Below, one piece after another: positions 1 to 14,800 of a DNA stretch of 64,000 nucleotides (position 1 is the stretch's first letter; every line of letters begins with the position of its first letter). The translations under genes and the position numbers were made by a program. The notes below the pieces were generated by a model. That model was not told the origin of the DNA. It did not search any database and saw only the letters and a program-made list of their open reading frames with translations. The DNA is from Bugula neritina (taxonomy: Eukaryota > Animalia > Bryozoa). The stretch covers positions 25,064,628 through 25,128,627 of the forward strand of contig OZ037767.1 in NCBI GenBank assembly GCA_964035545.1, given 5' to 3'.

Positions 1-3000
1 TCATAATTGAAAACATAGAAACAGATTTTTCTTATAATTCTAAGTTGCAGTTCATATAAAATGTGCTACAACAGGATTATAATATAATTGGATCAAAGAG
101 CCTCATTTCAAGATTGTTTTAATTAAAGTTTTGAGATTAAAAATGAAGGTATTCCTGCAATTCTTGTACTAAAACATAAGGTTATTGTAATATATTACAG
201 AGTATGGCATCACATTGTAGAAGTTTAAATTGATGTGCATCTACATAATACGCTCAGTTGAAAATGCCTTCTTATGGATTGAATTAACTAATTCAATTGA
301 TGAGTTACACAATATCATAGGTTATGGTTGAGTATTTTAGTTTAAGTAGAAGAATAGCTACTATAGGACTTTAGTTGAGCTGTATTTTAAACTTTTAGAA
401 TAAGTCAAACTAAAGAAGGTATTTTCCTAAGCCCAGTGGTAAGTTTTTATATTTTGGTTAAGATATTAAAATTCTGGCAATTTTATATACTGTTTGATTC
501 AACAGAATTTTGTAATTACAGGGCAGCTGAAATATTCTATAGACACTCGGTAGTAAAACTTGCACTAATTTCATTAAGCTTAGAAAATTTTATAATAGTT
601 ATATAAAGATTAAAATACAAAACAAAATGTGCAATATTGCACACTATAGCATATAAAAATTCACCTGATTAGGCATTATACATATATTTACATGTGTACC
701 AATGCTGCCTAAATGATATAAAACTTAATGTATTTATGCAATATTTTGACAAAGTTCGACCAAAACATACCATAGAAAATATTTTCCAAGGTGAGTAGTG
801 CAAAAGGTCAAATTATCACCTTATCACTAAAAGTAAGAATATGTTTATGATCTAGCTGGTTTTAACAATACCATAAAACAAGTAATGGTGTAGTGTTAAG
901 TAAAAGTCTCCATTTCAACCAGTAGGTACTTAGCAAAAACAAGCATACCTTTTCAAAAGAGAGTATTTTGCATAAAGTGCAAATAATTCCTTTCAAACAT
1001 TCTTATCTATTTTTAAGATGACTCCATGTTGTTGGAAAATATAACTGTGGCTTATCAGCAAACAATAATAGTTCTCTTAATTCTATTTTTATTTCAATAT
1101 ATTATGATTGTATTATTGCAACTATATTATATAAATGTGTTGCGAATAACATCTCATTTTGATACGAGTACATCTTGCCACTTTTATTTAGTATCAGCTG
1201 CCATAATTAGCTTTATTTGTCAGCAAAACATTTTATATTTAGCACTGTATAAATTATAGTTTGCCAATCATTTTTCCTTCAGTCTTTGGTGAAGTCTGTT
1301 ATTGCAAAGAGGAAACTTGGTATGTAGGGATAGTTTAATAACTGAATGCTTATAGGCTTGTCTTTGTAAAATATTGGTGACTCAATCTTATATAATATAT
1401 AGCTGAAACTATTTCTAGTTATTGATGATTCTATTACAAGCTTCTGGTTGTATTATATGTTTTGCTAAAATCTCACAACTGCCACATTTTTAGTCATGCC
1501 CTATAGTGTGCTGAGTACAAAATATTATATAACAAAATGCTTAATATTTACCTTCAATATAATGCTACCTGCTCATATAAACTAAATAAAGCATTATATA
1601 GATAATGTATGTTATAGGCTAACGCTGTACAAATATTTTGTCAAATATGTATGCTATAGTTTGTATTAGTTTTGACTTGACTTCATTCCAATACACAATG
1701 ATTATATTATATAATGCTGTTTATAGATACAGCTTCTAACCTGTCCAATTGCTGAAACCTTAGTGTGTTGATGAAAGAGCAAAACATTTGTGCCTAAACT
1801 CAGTTATGCTACACTTATGTAGTTTTGTTGCACATACTATTTTACTATACACAATAAGAAAATTGTTGCTATAACAAATAAGTTTTAAGTTTTACTTGTT
1901 TGACACAATACAAATTATGTGTGTTGCTATAGAATTCTTGGTTCCTTTCAAGGTAGACAATAGCTTCTAAAAGTTTTTAATATCCGATTGGATTGGGACA
2001 TACATCTTTCACATACTGGATGTGCTGGTGACAAAATTGTTAGGCATGATAGTTTATTTTATTATATTTTCATTAAGATGTAGAATATATATAATTTTGA
2101 AGTGTGAATTACTATTGAATCAGAACATTAACTAAGGGATTGTTGAAGAAGTTGGTGTATGATAAATGACTGCTAGAATACAATTGCCATAATAATAGGA
2201 AGTAGTGGAATTTGGTAAATGAGCTCTTAAAACTGTGAAGTTGTACAGGTACATAATTTGCTAAAAACTCAAACTACTTTTTTTAATTTAGACTATCATA
2301 AAATCGTTTGTAATACTGTTGCTTGTGGCATATTTTACATCAGTAGAATTATATGCTAATTTAGTTACATGGAAACTGTTACAGGCTTTAAAACTCGCCT
2401 GTAGAAGTACAGATTATGACTTCTCTGCATCTACCTCAGACGCTAGGAGCATCAACATTTAGCGTTAATTATGCTGGAAAGACTGTTTCAGCCTACGTAG
2501 GACTGAGTACTATTTCGTTAAAACACTCCAGTCAACATAAAATACCTGCCCATGTAAGTAATACTAGTATATACTTGCTCTATAATTTCTAACTGCATAT
2601 GATTATAGTAAATGTAGCTAAATATTATACCCACAACTCTTTATACTTCCCATCATTTCTCTTGGTGTAAATGACTTCCATTTCACCTTCATAATCAGCA
2701 CAATTCTTAGCCATGTACAGTATAACACCCTGCATGCAGATTTAGCTTTATATTTATTATTAACTGTGTTTGCTGGTCTGTAAAGCATGCAGTGTTATAT
2801 GCTGTAGTGAATAAGACTATTATAATGTTGATAAGTTATTTCCAATAATGGTGTCACTCTTTCAGGATAAAATGATAGACAATATAAATTAACTATATTG
2901 TATATATATGGGTTTGCCAAATGATATTCAGACTAATTGCATATATCAGCCAAGTAAATTTTGACAAGTCTAGACAACTCTATCGCTACCTGTGTGAGTG

Positions 3001-4689
3001 CATCCTATCGAATGTTCTGTTTGCTGGAACTTAAGAAAAGAAGACTTTTTTACATAGCAGTAAAATTATCTCAATATATAGATGTAGCATTATAATTTCT
3101 ACAGCATCAAAACTTAAAATTATCACAACTGTATGCCGTGCATACATGCAATCATGGATTTAATAGATTCATTTATTGATAATGATTGTGATACTTGAGG
3201 GGTTTATAAAGCAATTTTAATCTAAATGCATTAGCTGGCTAGTTGATAGGAAATTAGGCTATGTTTAAGTTATTTTGCATAAAGCACACTAAATTTTAAA
3301 CTCAGCTAACAAAACAAAATTTCATCAAAGGTGGCAGAGACCGGTCAGGGTGATATCATGTGTGTGATGGGTGATCACAACTATTTTATCTTTGATGCTT
3401 TGTTATAGTCTGATTCTCTTAAGAAATATACATAACAGCTGAGCAAGTGTTTTTAATATGACCAATCAACTGAAAGAAATTAAAAAGAATTTATACACAA
3501 AAAGTTACTATAGAGACTTTACTCGTACATCTCCGCACACATCTCTACACGTGCTTTACTCATGAGTATGCTGAGCACATGCGTAAACAATTAAAGGTAC
3601 ACTGAAGATATTCTTCCTTTATAAGTCTAAGCTAATCGATATGAATAGAGTATACAGTCTTCTCTTTGTAGTCTTTTAGTAAAGACTTCTTTATCAATCA
3701 CTCTCAACTTGATCTGGATATTTTTAAAACTATATAATTTTATGTACAACCAATTGGACACCGTTTACTGCAAACTTAAAATGACTTGTTTGTGTTATCA
3801 GAATACTGTTAGCTCATTGTCTTTATATTCTATCTAATATATACCGTTATGTTAAAGAAGAAACTGTTGTAATACATTTGTGAGCAATGAAGGGATTTGA
3901 GAAATTCACATGAATTTATTACAAATATTCTATATAGGTTGTATGGTCCAGAACTTTCTCATTTTATTAGGTAGTTCTTTAACAAAGAATATAGTTCACA
4001 CTAAATTTTTCACAGCCATCATACAGCTATTATATTGAATTTTTATAGTTTACAGACGTACTTTATATACGTTCCTCTGAATTATTAACTGAATAAAAGT
4101 TGAATACAAAGAATAAATACAAATGTGCATAAAGTTCTTGTATCGCTTGTTAGGAAATACAAAGGTTTGTTTCACACTATCATAACCAATATTTTGTAAT
4201 TGACTTAAAGTATGACATATGGCACACAAAACCTGTCAGTATCATGTGGGGGTAACTTACACCCTGGTGCGAACTTTCTGCTAAAATTCCTAATTTGTTT
4301 AGGTTCAGGTTACTATAGTTACTATGTGCATTTATGAAGTGTCAGGAAATGACCGTGCGTAAATGACTTGTTATTCCTATGCCTTGTAATACAATAACCG
4401 GCATAATAATACTATAGTGCCATACCTCTATGATATTATAATGATTAAAAAGTTTTTAAATTAAATTAAATTTTTTTAATTTTTAACATATTGCTATCAT
4501 GTAGTTCTTCAACATAAGTTAGGGTTGACTCCCCGCTTTTAATATTAATGTTAAAGAAAAGACAATTTCTTACAATTGTAATTTTAATAAGCTATTTACT
4601 ATGCTGCATCACAAAACTACAGCTGAAAACAATTAAATTGTCTTTTAGTAACCAAAGCAACTTAAAAAATTCACTTAAAAAACTCACGC

Positions 4690-4849
4690 AAATTTATGGT
4701 CACTGTCCTTGTGAGAAACCCTTGAAGAAAAGGTTTTTTCAAAGGGGACTAAAGACTTATTCATATGTGGCGCAGGAGCAATGGCCTTTACTGGGACCAA
4801 GCCCATGATTTTGAGTTTATTGAGCCATTACTCTAACTCCTAGACAATG
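4690..4849 (-). mobile_element. Diverged, internally deleted copy of the same SINE
   Basis: TGTGAGAAACCCTTGA...GACTTATTCATATGTGGCGCAGGAGCAATGGCCTTTA...CCCATGA...CTCTAACTCCTAGA aligns by eye to the 39-kb copy. Confidence 0.7.
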
Positions 4850-5865
4850 TGTGTGTGCGTGGGCCTGTCACATTTTTTATTATAAACTATTATATAGACT
4901 GATCTAATGATTACGTTTACAGGAGTTGTGTCCACAACTTTTGAGTAACTAATATAAGGGCAGTGCAATGCTACTAGTGCTTGTAGAGATCGAGCACTAA
5001 GAATACAATATAATTAGTTTTGCAAGGATGCATTTGCATTCTTGACGTGTTTAATCCTAACACAGAGCAAATAATATAGACGAAAATTAATGTAAATTAG
5101 CAAAATAAATATTAGAAGTTGAAAAATCTCAAACTATCAAGGAACTTTACATGACATACATCACACTAGTGTCTTACAAACATCTCTAAAAACTGTTGAA
5201 TGTTGCAACAGAGTCAGTTTTATTAAACAACATGTTGGTATTAGACATCATGTTGGTATTCGAGAGACCATAATCTAATTCTAGTCATAAGTTCAGCAAA
5301 AACGTCTTATAAACCACAAGCCCTTGATCTATATATTCAGTTGTAGATTGTATAACAGTTATTTTTCCTTAATAAAGTTTCTGCTGCAAGTTTTTACAGC
5401 AAAAAGCTTCAATGTTTGGTTCATGTTCAATAAAAAAGCTACTCTGTTCATGCACTCTAGTTTTGTGTACATTCATGGAGTCATACATTTAAGGAATATG
5501 CCGCAGCTATACGCTACAGCTCCTTTCCACAGGCTGTATGCAATCTTAGGTTTTTTAATGTACACACATCAGTGTAATTGCTCCATATTTTACTCTACTA
5601 TTATTGTTAATTTAACTATTGTAATTAAAGAATAGATTAGCTAATGCATACAACTTTTTATGTAACATTACAAAGCTGTGGGCATTATTGGTTCAATACT
5701 ACCAATTATTGATCTCAAAGGGTTTTTACGTCTATTGAACATTTTTGTTATCCTAAACGCTGACGGCAGATTTATACCATGCTTTTGTGGGACACGTTTC
5801 ATACCATATCTGCTAGTGCTGCCGCGCAGTATACCTAAAGCTCAGTGAGTTGGTAAGGTGAAAAA

Positions 5866-8800
5866 ATGGATGAGAAACAAAGAAAAAGTCTGCTGGACTT
5901 GTCGGGTGATACTCCAACATTTTCCAGCAAACAGGTAAAAGTGTTTCAGCATTCTTGAAATATTAAGAATTATTCCTTTTTGTGAAACTATTTACTAAAT
6001 AAACTGTTTGTTAAACACCAGAAACTTGCAAGATGTAAATACAGATACTGTATATTATATATAATATATATGTTAACATTCTTCAATCAACTCTCTTTGA
6101 AATTATTGTTGTGCTATAATCCTCTATAGCTGCATTATGAAGTTTATTCATCATGCAGAGGGAACTTGTTGAACTTTGTGTATGTGTTGCCATAGCAACA
6201 TGCATGTGTTGTGCAGTTTAAAGATTTCATATTACATGGCATGACTTTGAGCATATGATAATTCTAATTGTCATATTGGCATCTAACGTAGCAATCTTTC
6301 AATCTCTGTTGAAAGAACCCTACTCTGTATGCGCACCAATAGCATGAATTAACTTTTGACACACCTCCGTAGTTGCTTTTAGGTCGATGCTAAACAGATT
6401 GTTGGACTACTGCAGAGGCTATAGTAATGGCATTCAAGCTACACATTATTGCTGAATAGCTATAACGCAATATTGATCGCCTGAGCATTATATAAATAAA
6501 ATCAATTAATGCATTTATTGCTGTATAGAAAGGTATTTAATTCACAACTTTTCTGTTCTACTATAAAAGTTTGAGAGGCAAACTACATGAAGATTGCAGT
6601 CATCTAATCTATTCTCTAGAGAGTGAAATAATTTGAGCCAAGTCTATAGACCTGTCAGGCTATTTTTTAAGCATATCTCTTTTAGATTTTAAGTTACTGC
6701 TATAAAAGCTTTTAAGTTAATCAATATGTTTTGCTATAGAATACTTCGTAAACTATGGTTTTACTTTAGAGCTAGATATGCAAATGTTATCAATGTGAGT
6801 GCTGCATGAATGAGAAGAGATAACTATAGCACCTTTTAGCACTCATTTACCCAGTCATCTGTTTAATTAAACATAACCCAGTGTTAGCACTTCAAGTTTT
6901 TGAAGTATATAATCTTACAACTGTCGATGCTGCAAATAGCACCGAAAAAACTGCATGTAAAACAATTATTATAGCATAAATGGTAGAAATTCATTGTGTT
7001 ATTAAATATAAAGCAAAATTAAAGAATATTTTAGTTTACTCCTCACATTCTAGTCCAGTTCTATAAAAAAACATCTATAAGACAACTTCCAATTATGTCA
7101 TCTCCTCCTGGTCATTTATCTAAATTCTAATTTAGTAAATGTTAGATAAAATATCAAACATACAAGACAAAATGGCTTAAATACTAATTTAAATATGACC
7201 ACAGAAATTTTCAATGACTGGAGCAGGTGTATTTTGCTTTTATTTGCTAGACTAAACGCATAGACTGAAATAGTTTGAAAAAATTTAGGCATTGCTTAGC
7301 ATTTAGATTGTTACAAAAGTTTTCTCCACATTACGCTGCAGCAATGTGAACTCAATGAGTTCTGTAGTATCTTCAACAGCTGCTTGAGATGTCATTGATA
7401 AAGCAAATCTTTAAACAAGTTTATTATATAATTATAGGCTTGAACAAAATTACATATTTATATCTTTCTAGTAGAAGTCTATTTTTAGAATTTTATAAGT
7501 TTATGACGGAGAAACACAATGATTGGCTTTGCAGTGGCAACAATGTTTGAAAAAAAATGGAAATAGCTGATTAATTGTTAAACATTATAAGTTTATCATT
7601 TTCTGTACAAAACCAAGCAATTATCACCCTTTCTCTAAACTATTAAAAATCTATGGTTGCTACACTAACCATGGATTAGATGTTATGACGGAGAAACACA
7701 ATGATTGGCTTTGCAGTGGCAACCAAATTTGAAAAGAGATGGAAATAGCTGATTGATTGTTAAATATTATAGCATATTATCATGTTGGACAAAAAGATGA
7801 AAACTCTACCATCACATCCTTTTTCGTATCATAGCAGTCATTGATTTCAGCTTGCACATAACTTATGTGCTCACAACTTGCCTTGTTCCCGGTACAAAAA
7901 GTTTTGGCCAGCAGTCATGCAGAGAATATGAACCTTGTGACTTTAGGCTAATACAAAAACACGATAATGAACTTTACACTATGACTCTCTATTGTAAATT
8001 TGTAAAAAAATTGATCTATTGATGGAATCAGTTCACCTTTTACTATACATTATACCGAAATCAAATTTCTATGCTTTGTTGACATTGTTCTCATAATTGA
8101 GAATGTATTTTAAACATGATCTTGTATTTAGAAATTGTGCAGTCTTTTGTTTTCAATCAGGATCACATTACTCCGCCACAATATAGTTCAAGTAATGTAA
8201 TCTAATTAATCAACAAAACATTCTATAGTAACTCTATGAAAGCATTTTGACAGTTACACCGGGTTAGGTAACTTATTCTTTTACCAAATGAATAGAAATT
8301 TAATATTGTTGCTTTTGCAAAATGAATTGAGTAATTTCAAAAGCTTTGGCTTTGATCCAAAAATAGCCACAAATAAAAAGTAAAATTGGTGGCATATTGT
8401 AACCCGATTTTATTACTATTTAACAACAGTCCTCACTAAACTATATTAAAGTATATGACAAATAACAAGCAAATTTAAATGAATCCCATGACTTGTTTAC
8501 CGAGATAAGGTACAAGGCATTTGTCATTTGAACAGCAAATTGTTTTTCAATTCAAAAAGTAAAATAATTTTTTAACATCAAATTTTTGAAATTTGATATT
8601 AAAAACAAATTTTAAGCTTTCAGTGAAATCCAATTCAGTCTTGAACATTTTCTAAAACAAAAAATTTATGCCAGCAACTGAGCTGCTAGATTTATTTCAT
8701 ACTTATATAAGAGAAGTAATGAACATGTAATTTCGCTTAAGCTTAGCTCTTTTGAATTAAAACATTTTTTCATATAAATCTTGTTCACTTGATGAGCTAA

Positions 8801-11800
8801 GCAGATATACGGCGTGCAAGCACATAATATTATGCTTGTGACAATAGGCAAAGCGTTTAAATGCCTGACATTTAAACAAAAAGTAATTATTGAATGCAAT
8901 GTTTCTTGTTAATACAATAGTTATTAATTATTAGGAGTTTTTGGAATTTTAAAATAAATCATGCAATTCTTCTCTATATACTCTAGGTAGACTCTGTGTA
9001 GTAGCGATAGCTACTAAGTGTAGAGTTAATTGAATTAATAATGCACTGACTTAACAAATTTCTCAGTCAGTATATATTTTATGTTCAACTCAGTCATTAC
9101 TTGTTATGGTAAAAATTTGTGGTAACAGTTTCTTGTACTTATTGTGTTCTGGCAATGATTTAGTCCACTTTTGATTCATGGAATTACAAGGTCTTTCAAA
9201 ATGCACTGATGTATTCATTGAACCGTGACTCGAAATAGACCATTATTGAATAAAACCAATAACAAATTTACACCTATACAGTGCCAGTAATTTACCATTT
9301 AAGTTCATAAGTGTAGATTAAAATGGTATAGACTCTAGAATGTCTTTTGCAGCTGCTTTCTGTAATTTGCAGCTGGTCATATTTTACTTACTACTTATAA
9401 CTAAATCAAATGAAAATTTTATGCTTATAGTACTTTAAAAACTTGACATTGACTTTGAAGACTTAAAGTTATCTCATAATATCTATCTTGAAAGCCTTCC
9501 AGAACAAAAATTTTCTATCAAATAGTTTAGTAAGTTATTATATAAAATATATGACTGACGGTGATACTAAATTATATGGTAAATATAGAGAAATGCCACC
9601 ACAGTAGTAACTGTAATCAAAAGTCCTAGAATGAATCCTAGAGTAGCAAGGCATTGAGCGATTTTTGTTTTCTTTTCAACATTTCTATAATCTAGAAACT
9701 TATGGTCTGTGTAGGCTAGTAAGTTATATATTACAGCTAAAGGTCCAAACACTAATCCAGCTACATTGCAGAAATAACATACAAACAGACTGCATATCAT
9801 TGAATACCAAGACCATCGTTTCTTTCGATTGGCTCGCTCTTTGGTGTTGTTTAAAGGTTGATTTATTTTACAAACACTGCTTGTTGACAGTGGAGAGCTG
9901 AGCTGTTTGAAAGAGTTGGCATTTCTGTTACACCTTTTTTCTTGGTATTTGCCATTGTTGAGGCTCTCGGATACAGAGGTTGGAGAGAGTACAGGCATTG
10001 GGGAAATCCCAGAGTCAACGCTCCACATAGGACTTGGCTAGAGATCAAAACAGAGTTCTTTTTTTATATAAATTGTCTTGCTTATTAGTTATTATGTTTT
10101 TATACAACTGGGGGTTTTTGGGAATCCAAATTTGTTTCAATTCAATAGTTCGGTTTCCATAAAGTTGGCAAGTGTCCAAAGCTTGGTTCTCCAACAAAAG
10201 TTTTACTTAATAGTAAGACTGGCACTGGCCCAAACATAGAATCTTATTTGAAGCTATTGTTTTAAAATTAAATGCAGACCATTTTGAAGTTTGAAGTGAT
10301 ATTTGGGATTATTAACAAAATAATTAAAAAATGAACATTTAAGCAAACACGGATAATTTTTTTGCAATTAGCTACATGATAAACAAATAATTGTACATGT
10401 ATGATCGACGAATTGTGATATTTTACCTCTTCACCATTACTAAGAGGCGACATGGGATTGTGGACTAATATAGGCTGAAGGTTGACGCCTGGTGGAAATT
10501 CAAAAACTCCTTTACTTGCTTTTCTAAAGTCACTTGGTGCTGGTGGTAATGGAAACACTTCGTCTTCCTCTTCATTCATATTGTGCTTGGCTGAAAGAAC
10601 TCAAATTATTGGCACTAAAATAAATGATTACTTTGTACAACATACAGCTGCATTCGATGAAAAATCTTTGGAATTTCTTGCAAGACAACAAACAATAAAA
10701 GGGGTAGGTGCAGTAATGGAGAAATTGAAAAAAGCCTGTGTTCTAAATTGGAAATGTAGTATAAGAAGTTATGTCCTCCCGAGAAATTTATCCAACGACC
10801 CGAACCAAAATTTAATAATTCAATTATAAAGCTTAGGCTATCTCAATTTCTCCACTACTGCTCCTAAATGCAATACAATATTAACAGTAATGACTGATTC
10901 ACAATGACTATATTATATTGGCAGAGTACTTTCCCACTACTGTGTAGTGTAACAGCATACAGTTAAAATACTGATTCAGCAGCCAAAGGTGTCATACTAA
11001 TAAAGTGACTCAGTTAGAAAGAAATATATGCTACCAACCTTGTCAAGAAAGCTTGTCATATACATCTGTTCAATGCACCACTGGTTTTCTTACTTACCCA
11101 TTTGCTCCGTTCTGTGTCGGTATGCTTTAGAGCTACTTTAGAGCTACTCTAGTAGCATCTGACCAATCTTTTACTGCTATAGCTGAGACTGCTGGCTCAG
11201 CTATGCATATGTTGCTGTCTTGCACAAAGATTAGATACATTGCTCTCTATAATAGCTACTGAAGCATTATGTAGACAACAAAGTGACCACTTAGTAGAAA
11301 TAGCAATGACCTCCGAGAATGTATTGTTATACCATCATACTGATTTAATACCTTATAGCAAATTACAATTAAGAAAGATAGAGTAATTTAACAACTGTAG
11401 TCGAAAGGTCAACACCCTTTAAAGCACACACATTATGCTGTAATAATAATCCTGTGTGATTTCATTATTAGTTGTATCTAATACGTATAACCATTCATAT
11501 TAGCCTTGTCTTAATTCCAAATCTTAAAGTTTTTGTTTCAAAATTGAGCATAATTTGTGTTGGATTTCCTAAAACCATAATCTGCAGTTGATCTATGCAA
11601 AACATTTACTAGAAAATATTTCTGCCCAAAATAAAAAGTTCACAGCAACCGCAAATATTTTTCACGAAACTCTGCGTCATTCACTAATCCCACTGATGTT
11701 GGTAGAAATTTTGTTGATTTCACATAAAGAGCGGTAAATTGACTAGATAACAGAGTTCTGCTTCTTTGAAAGCCCATAGCCTTTGTTGGCAGCTAATACT

Positions 11801-14800
11801 TTAGAAAAGCCATAGTCTACCTAAAAATCTTATAATCAAAATTTTTGCAGAGATTTTGACTACAAAACGATAATATGAAAAGATAAATTACATATTATCA
11901 CCAGATGGTCAAATTTTAGGGCGTGATTAATAGATTTTGTGTTGCTAAAACAAAATATTGAATTAAAACCTATTCTGCTTTCAGGGGAGATTAACGAAAG
12001 CTCTGGCCATTACAGCATTCTTTGCAGCGATTGGTAACTCTTTCACTCATGGGTTCAACACTGGAGTTCTCAACTCCCCAGAACTTGTAAGTCAGTCTAA
12101 ATTTGGCTACTTTTTGGTGTTCGGCATTGTTATAAGTGAGATTATATTCTAACATAGTCTTGCATAAATGCCATTGTTTGCCTAGAGAGCAATTGTCCTA
12201 TATTCTGAGTATAGTACTGTAGAATTTCCATGTCAAGTGGAGCTCAATATTACAGTGACACTCTAAAGCAAGTTGTTGACCAGCAGGCTGTCATAAAACT
12301 AATAAATACAATTAATTTGTCTGTTAAAGCTTAGTGTGAGTAGCTACAAGAGGTTAGCTTCAATTTCATAATTTGTTTGACTGTTTTTATTGCAAAATCC
12401 ATTGTCACTAAAACAAAAAACTAAAAACTTATTGAACTTTGAAATTTAAATTTTATTTTTCTTCAAAAGTCATAGTCAAAGTAAATAATCAAAAGCTTAA
12501 AATTTGCTACTGTAACCAATGATACAAAATAAATATTTAATTACATTTAATAGTTAGAGAAAACTCCTGTAGCTAAATGAAGCTAATAAATACTTATAAG
12601 ATACCCGTGGCAGTTGTAGATGTTTTACTTCTACTATATTTCTACATTCAATATAATAACTATAATGTTGCTCACAGGTAACATAACTTCTAAATTCCAG
12701 AACATAATGTTTGTAGTGTAAAATGACATTTACAAAATAGTGTTATCCTATATATAGCATCTACAAGTGCTTTGAGATAGTTGTATCAATAATATTTCAT
12801 AAAATATATGAGTATATATTTTAGTTAATAAAAGATTTCCTCAATACTTCAACGCAAGCTCATTATGGAATCATGCCAAGTGAAAACTTGATTCAATTTC
12901 TGTGGTCTTTCTCTGTGTCGATCTATCTAGTAGGAGGATGTGCCGGTGCCTTCTCAGCAGGCTTCTTAGCCGATAGCTTTGGCAGGTGAGCATAACTCCA
13001 ACACTGTTACATTATACCTGGGAATTCCAATATGATTATAATAATTACTATTATACTTTTAGATGTAAAAAGTAATTCAGTTGTTATTTGAGTTATTTCA
13101 TTAAGACATATTGTACGATGCATTTGCTATAATTAGTTTCTACAGCGTAAATATAATGTTATGTTAAAATAGCTATGCAAGTACAGCATATAGACCTTTA
13201 GCGTGCATTAATAAAATTTAAAGTTAATCAACAGTTTAGGAGTTTATTAGATATAAAATAAAAAATATGACCGAATAGCAGCTAAAAATACTATATCCTG
13301 TACCCTGATACTTGAATAACTGAGCAAAATTCTGGAGCTTTAGTAACATTGGCCAAAAAGCTCCATTTTTATAACAATAAAAGTTTTATTTTGTCTTTTA
13401 ATTTTATTTTAATATCAAAATTAAATACCTTTTTACTATCATCAGTAACTAATATACTTAAGTTTAAGTTTTTAGGTAATGCATGAAATCATGTTTCATG
13501 TAATTATCTAGAAGATTAAAATAGTATATGTCATATATCAATTCACATAAGCTGCTTTTTTAGAAAATTTGTAAAATATCAAGTATGAGATTTTACTAAC
13601 AAAGTAAATCTAATGTAAGAAATACAAATTTTCAAGGAGTAACATTTGAGAAAGCTGAAAGCATTTATTAAAGGCTGCAACAAACAATAAAACAGAAACA
13701 CATGAAGGAGTTTTTAAGAACTCACTAAATTTTTTTCTAATCAAAATTAAACTCTGAAAATACACAAATAAGCTAAAGCTACAATATTTGTATGCAGCTG
13801 TAGCAACTAATCAGCAAGTTCTCTATGACTCTAACAATGTTTAGTTTATCATACTATGTTAACAGGAAGAAAGCCCTTCTCATGATGATAATTCCTGGTC
13901 TGATTGGAGATGTACTCTTTGGATTCTGTAAGTTGGCCAACTCCATGGAAATGCTAATAGCTGGCAGGTTTATCATAGGATTTAGCTGTGGTAAGTTCAA
14001 ATTTGCTCTTTCAAATAAAAAAGTTAATTTTTTTTATATTTAGAATGAAATTTTGAATTTTCTTTTTATAGTTAAGATATAACCTAGGTCCTAGGACATG
14101 CTTTATATTTATAATAATATAGCTTCTTATAGGAATTATGCCCAAGTGATTAAATAAAACGGGCACCACACGCAAAAAACTTTTAGTGACAACTTAATAT
14201 CTTATTAATTCGTATCCCAAGAGAAGATTTTGATATTATAGATAATTCTAATTACCTTAGCAGCTTAGTTTACTTGCCAGCACTTAAAGAAGGTTTATAA
14301 CATGCATTTAAGACACCTGTTTGATCTTTAATAAGTACCTTTCTTCAGTGTGATTGTTAATAATACTTTCTTTAATAATATTTTTAATCTTGTAAAACAT
14401 TTATGAGTGTTGAATGGACAAGTAGAGCAGTGGTATTGATTAGGCTAAACAACCACAAAGAATAATAAAAATGTCTAAAAGTTAGTATTTGATTATAATC
14501 AATTTTTGTAATTCAATTTTAGGCTATATATATATAGCCTAAAATTGAACACCAGTATTTATTGAAAAAATTTCATCAGGGTAAGAGTTTCTGTTTGTAA
14601 ATATGTTGCTATAAGGTTGTTTAACATATACAGGTGCTGGCTCGGGGTTAGTGCCCATGTATTTAACTGAAATAGCCCCAGTGAACATCCGAGGTGCGAT
14701 GGGAGTGCTACATCAACTGGCCCTCACAATAGGCATACTCATCTCACAACTACTCGGTCTAAGACAAATTCTGGGTAGAGAGGAGACCTGGCCACTTCTA

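Noticed and set aside
2135-2560. Coding-like patches (LEYN..NRK-stop-WNLVNELLK, and an AG...GTAAGT-bounded segment at about 2385-2553)
   Set aside because: The first resembles a tiny decayed LINE ORF2 piece with stops; the second could be a UTR exon but has no supportable frame or homology.
5866-5895. Dileucine sorting signal in the GLUT N-terminus (EKQRKSLL)
   Set aside because: The acidic residue is not at the -4 position required for [DE]xxxL[LI].
10482-10829. 115-aa plus-strand ORF
   Set aside because: Antisense shadow of the CD225 gene exon running into a MITE-like hairpin; no recognisable motif.
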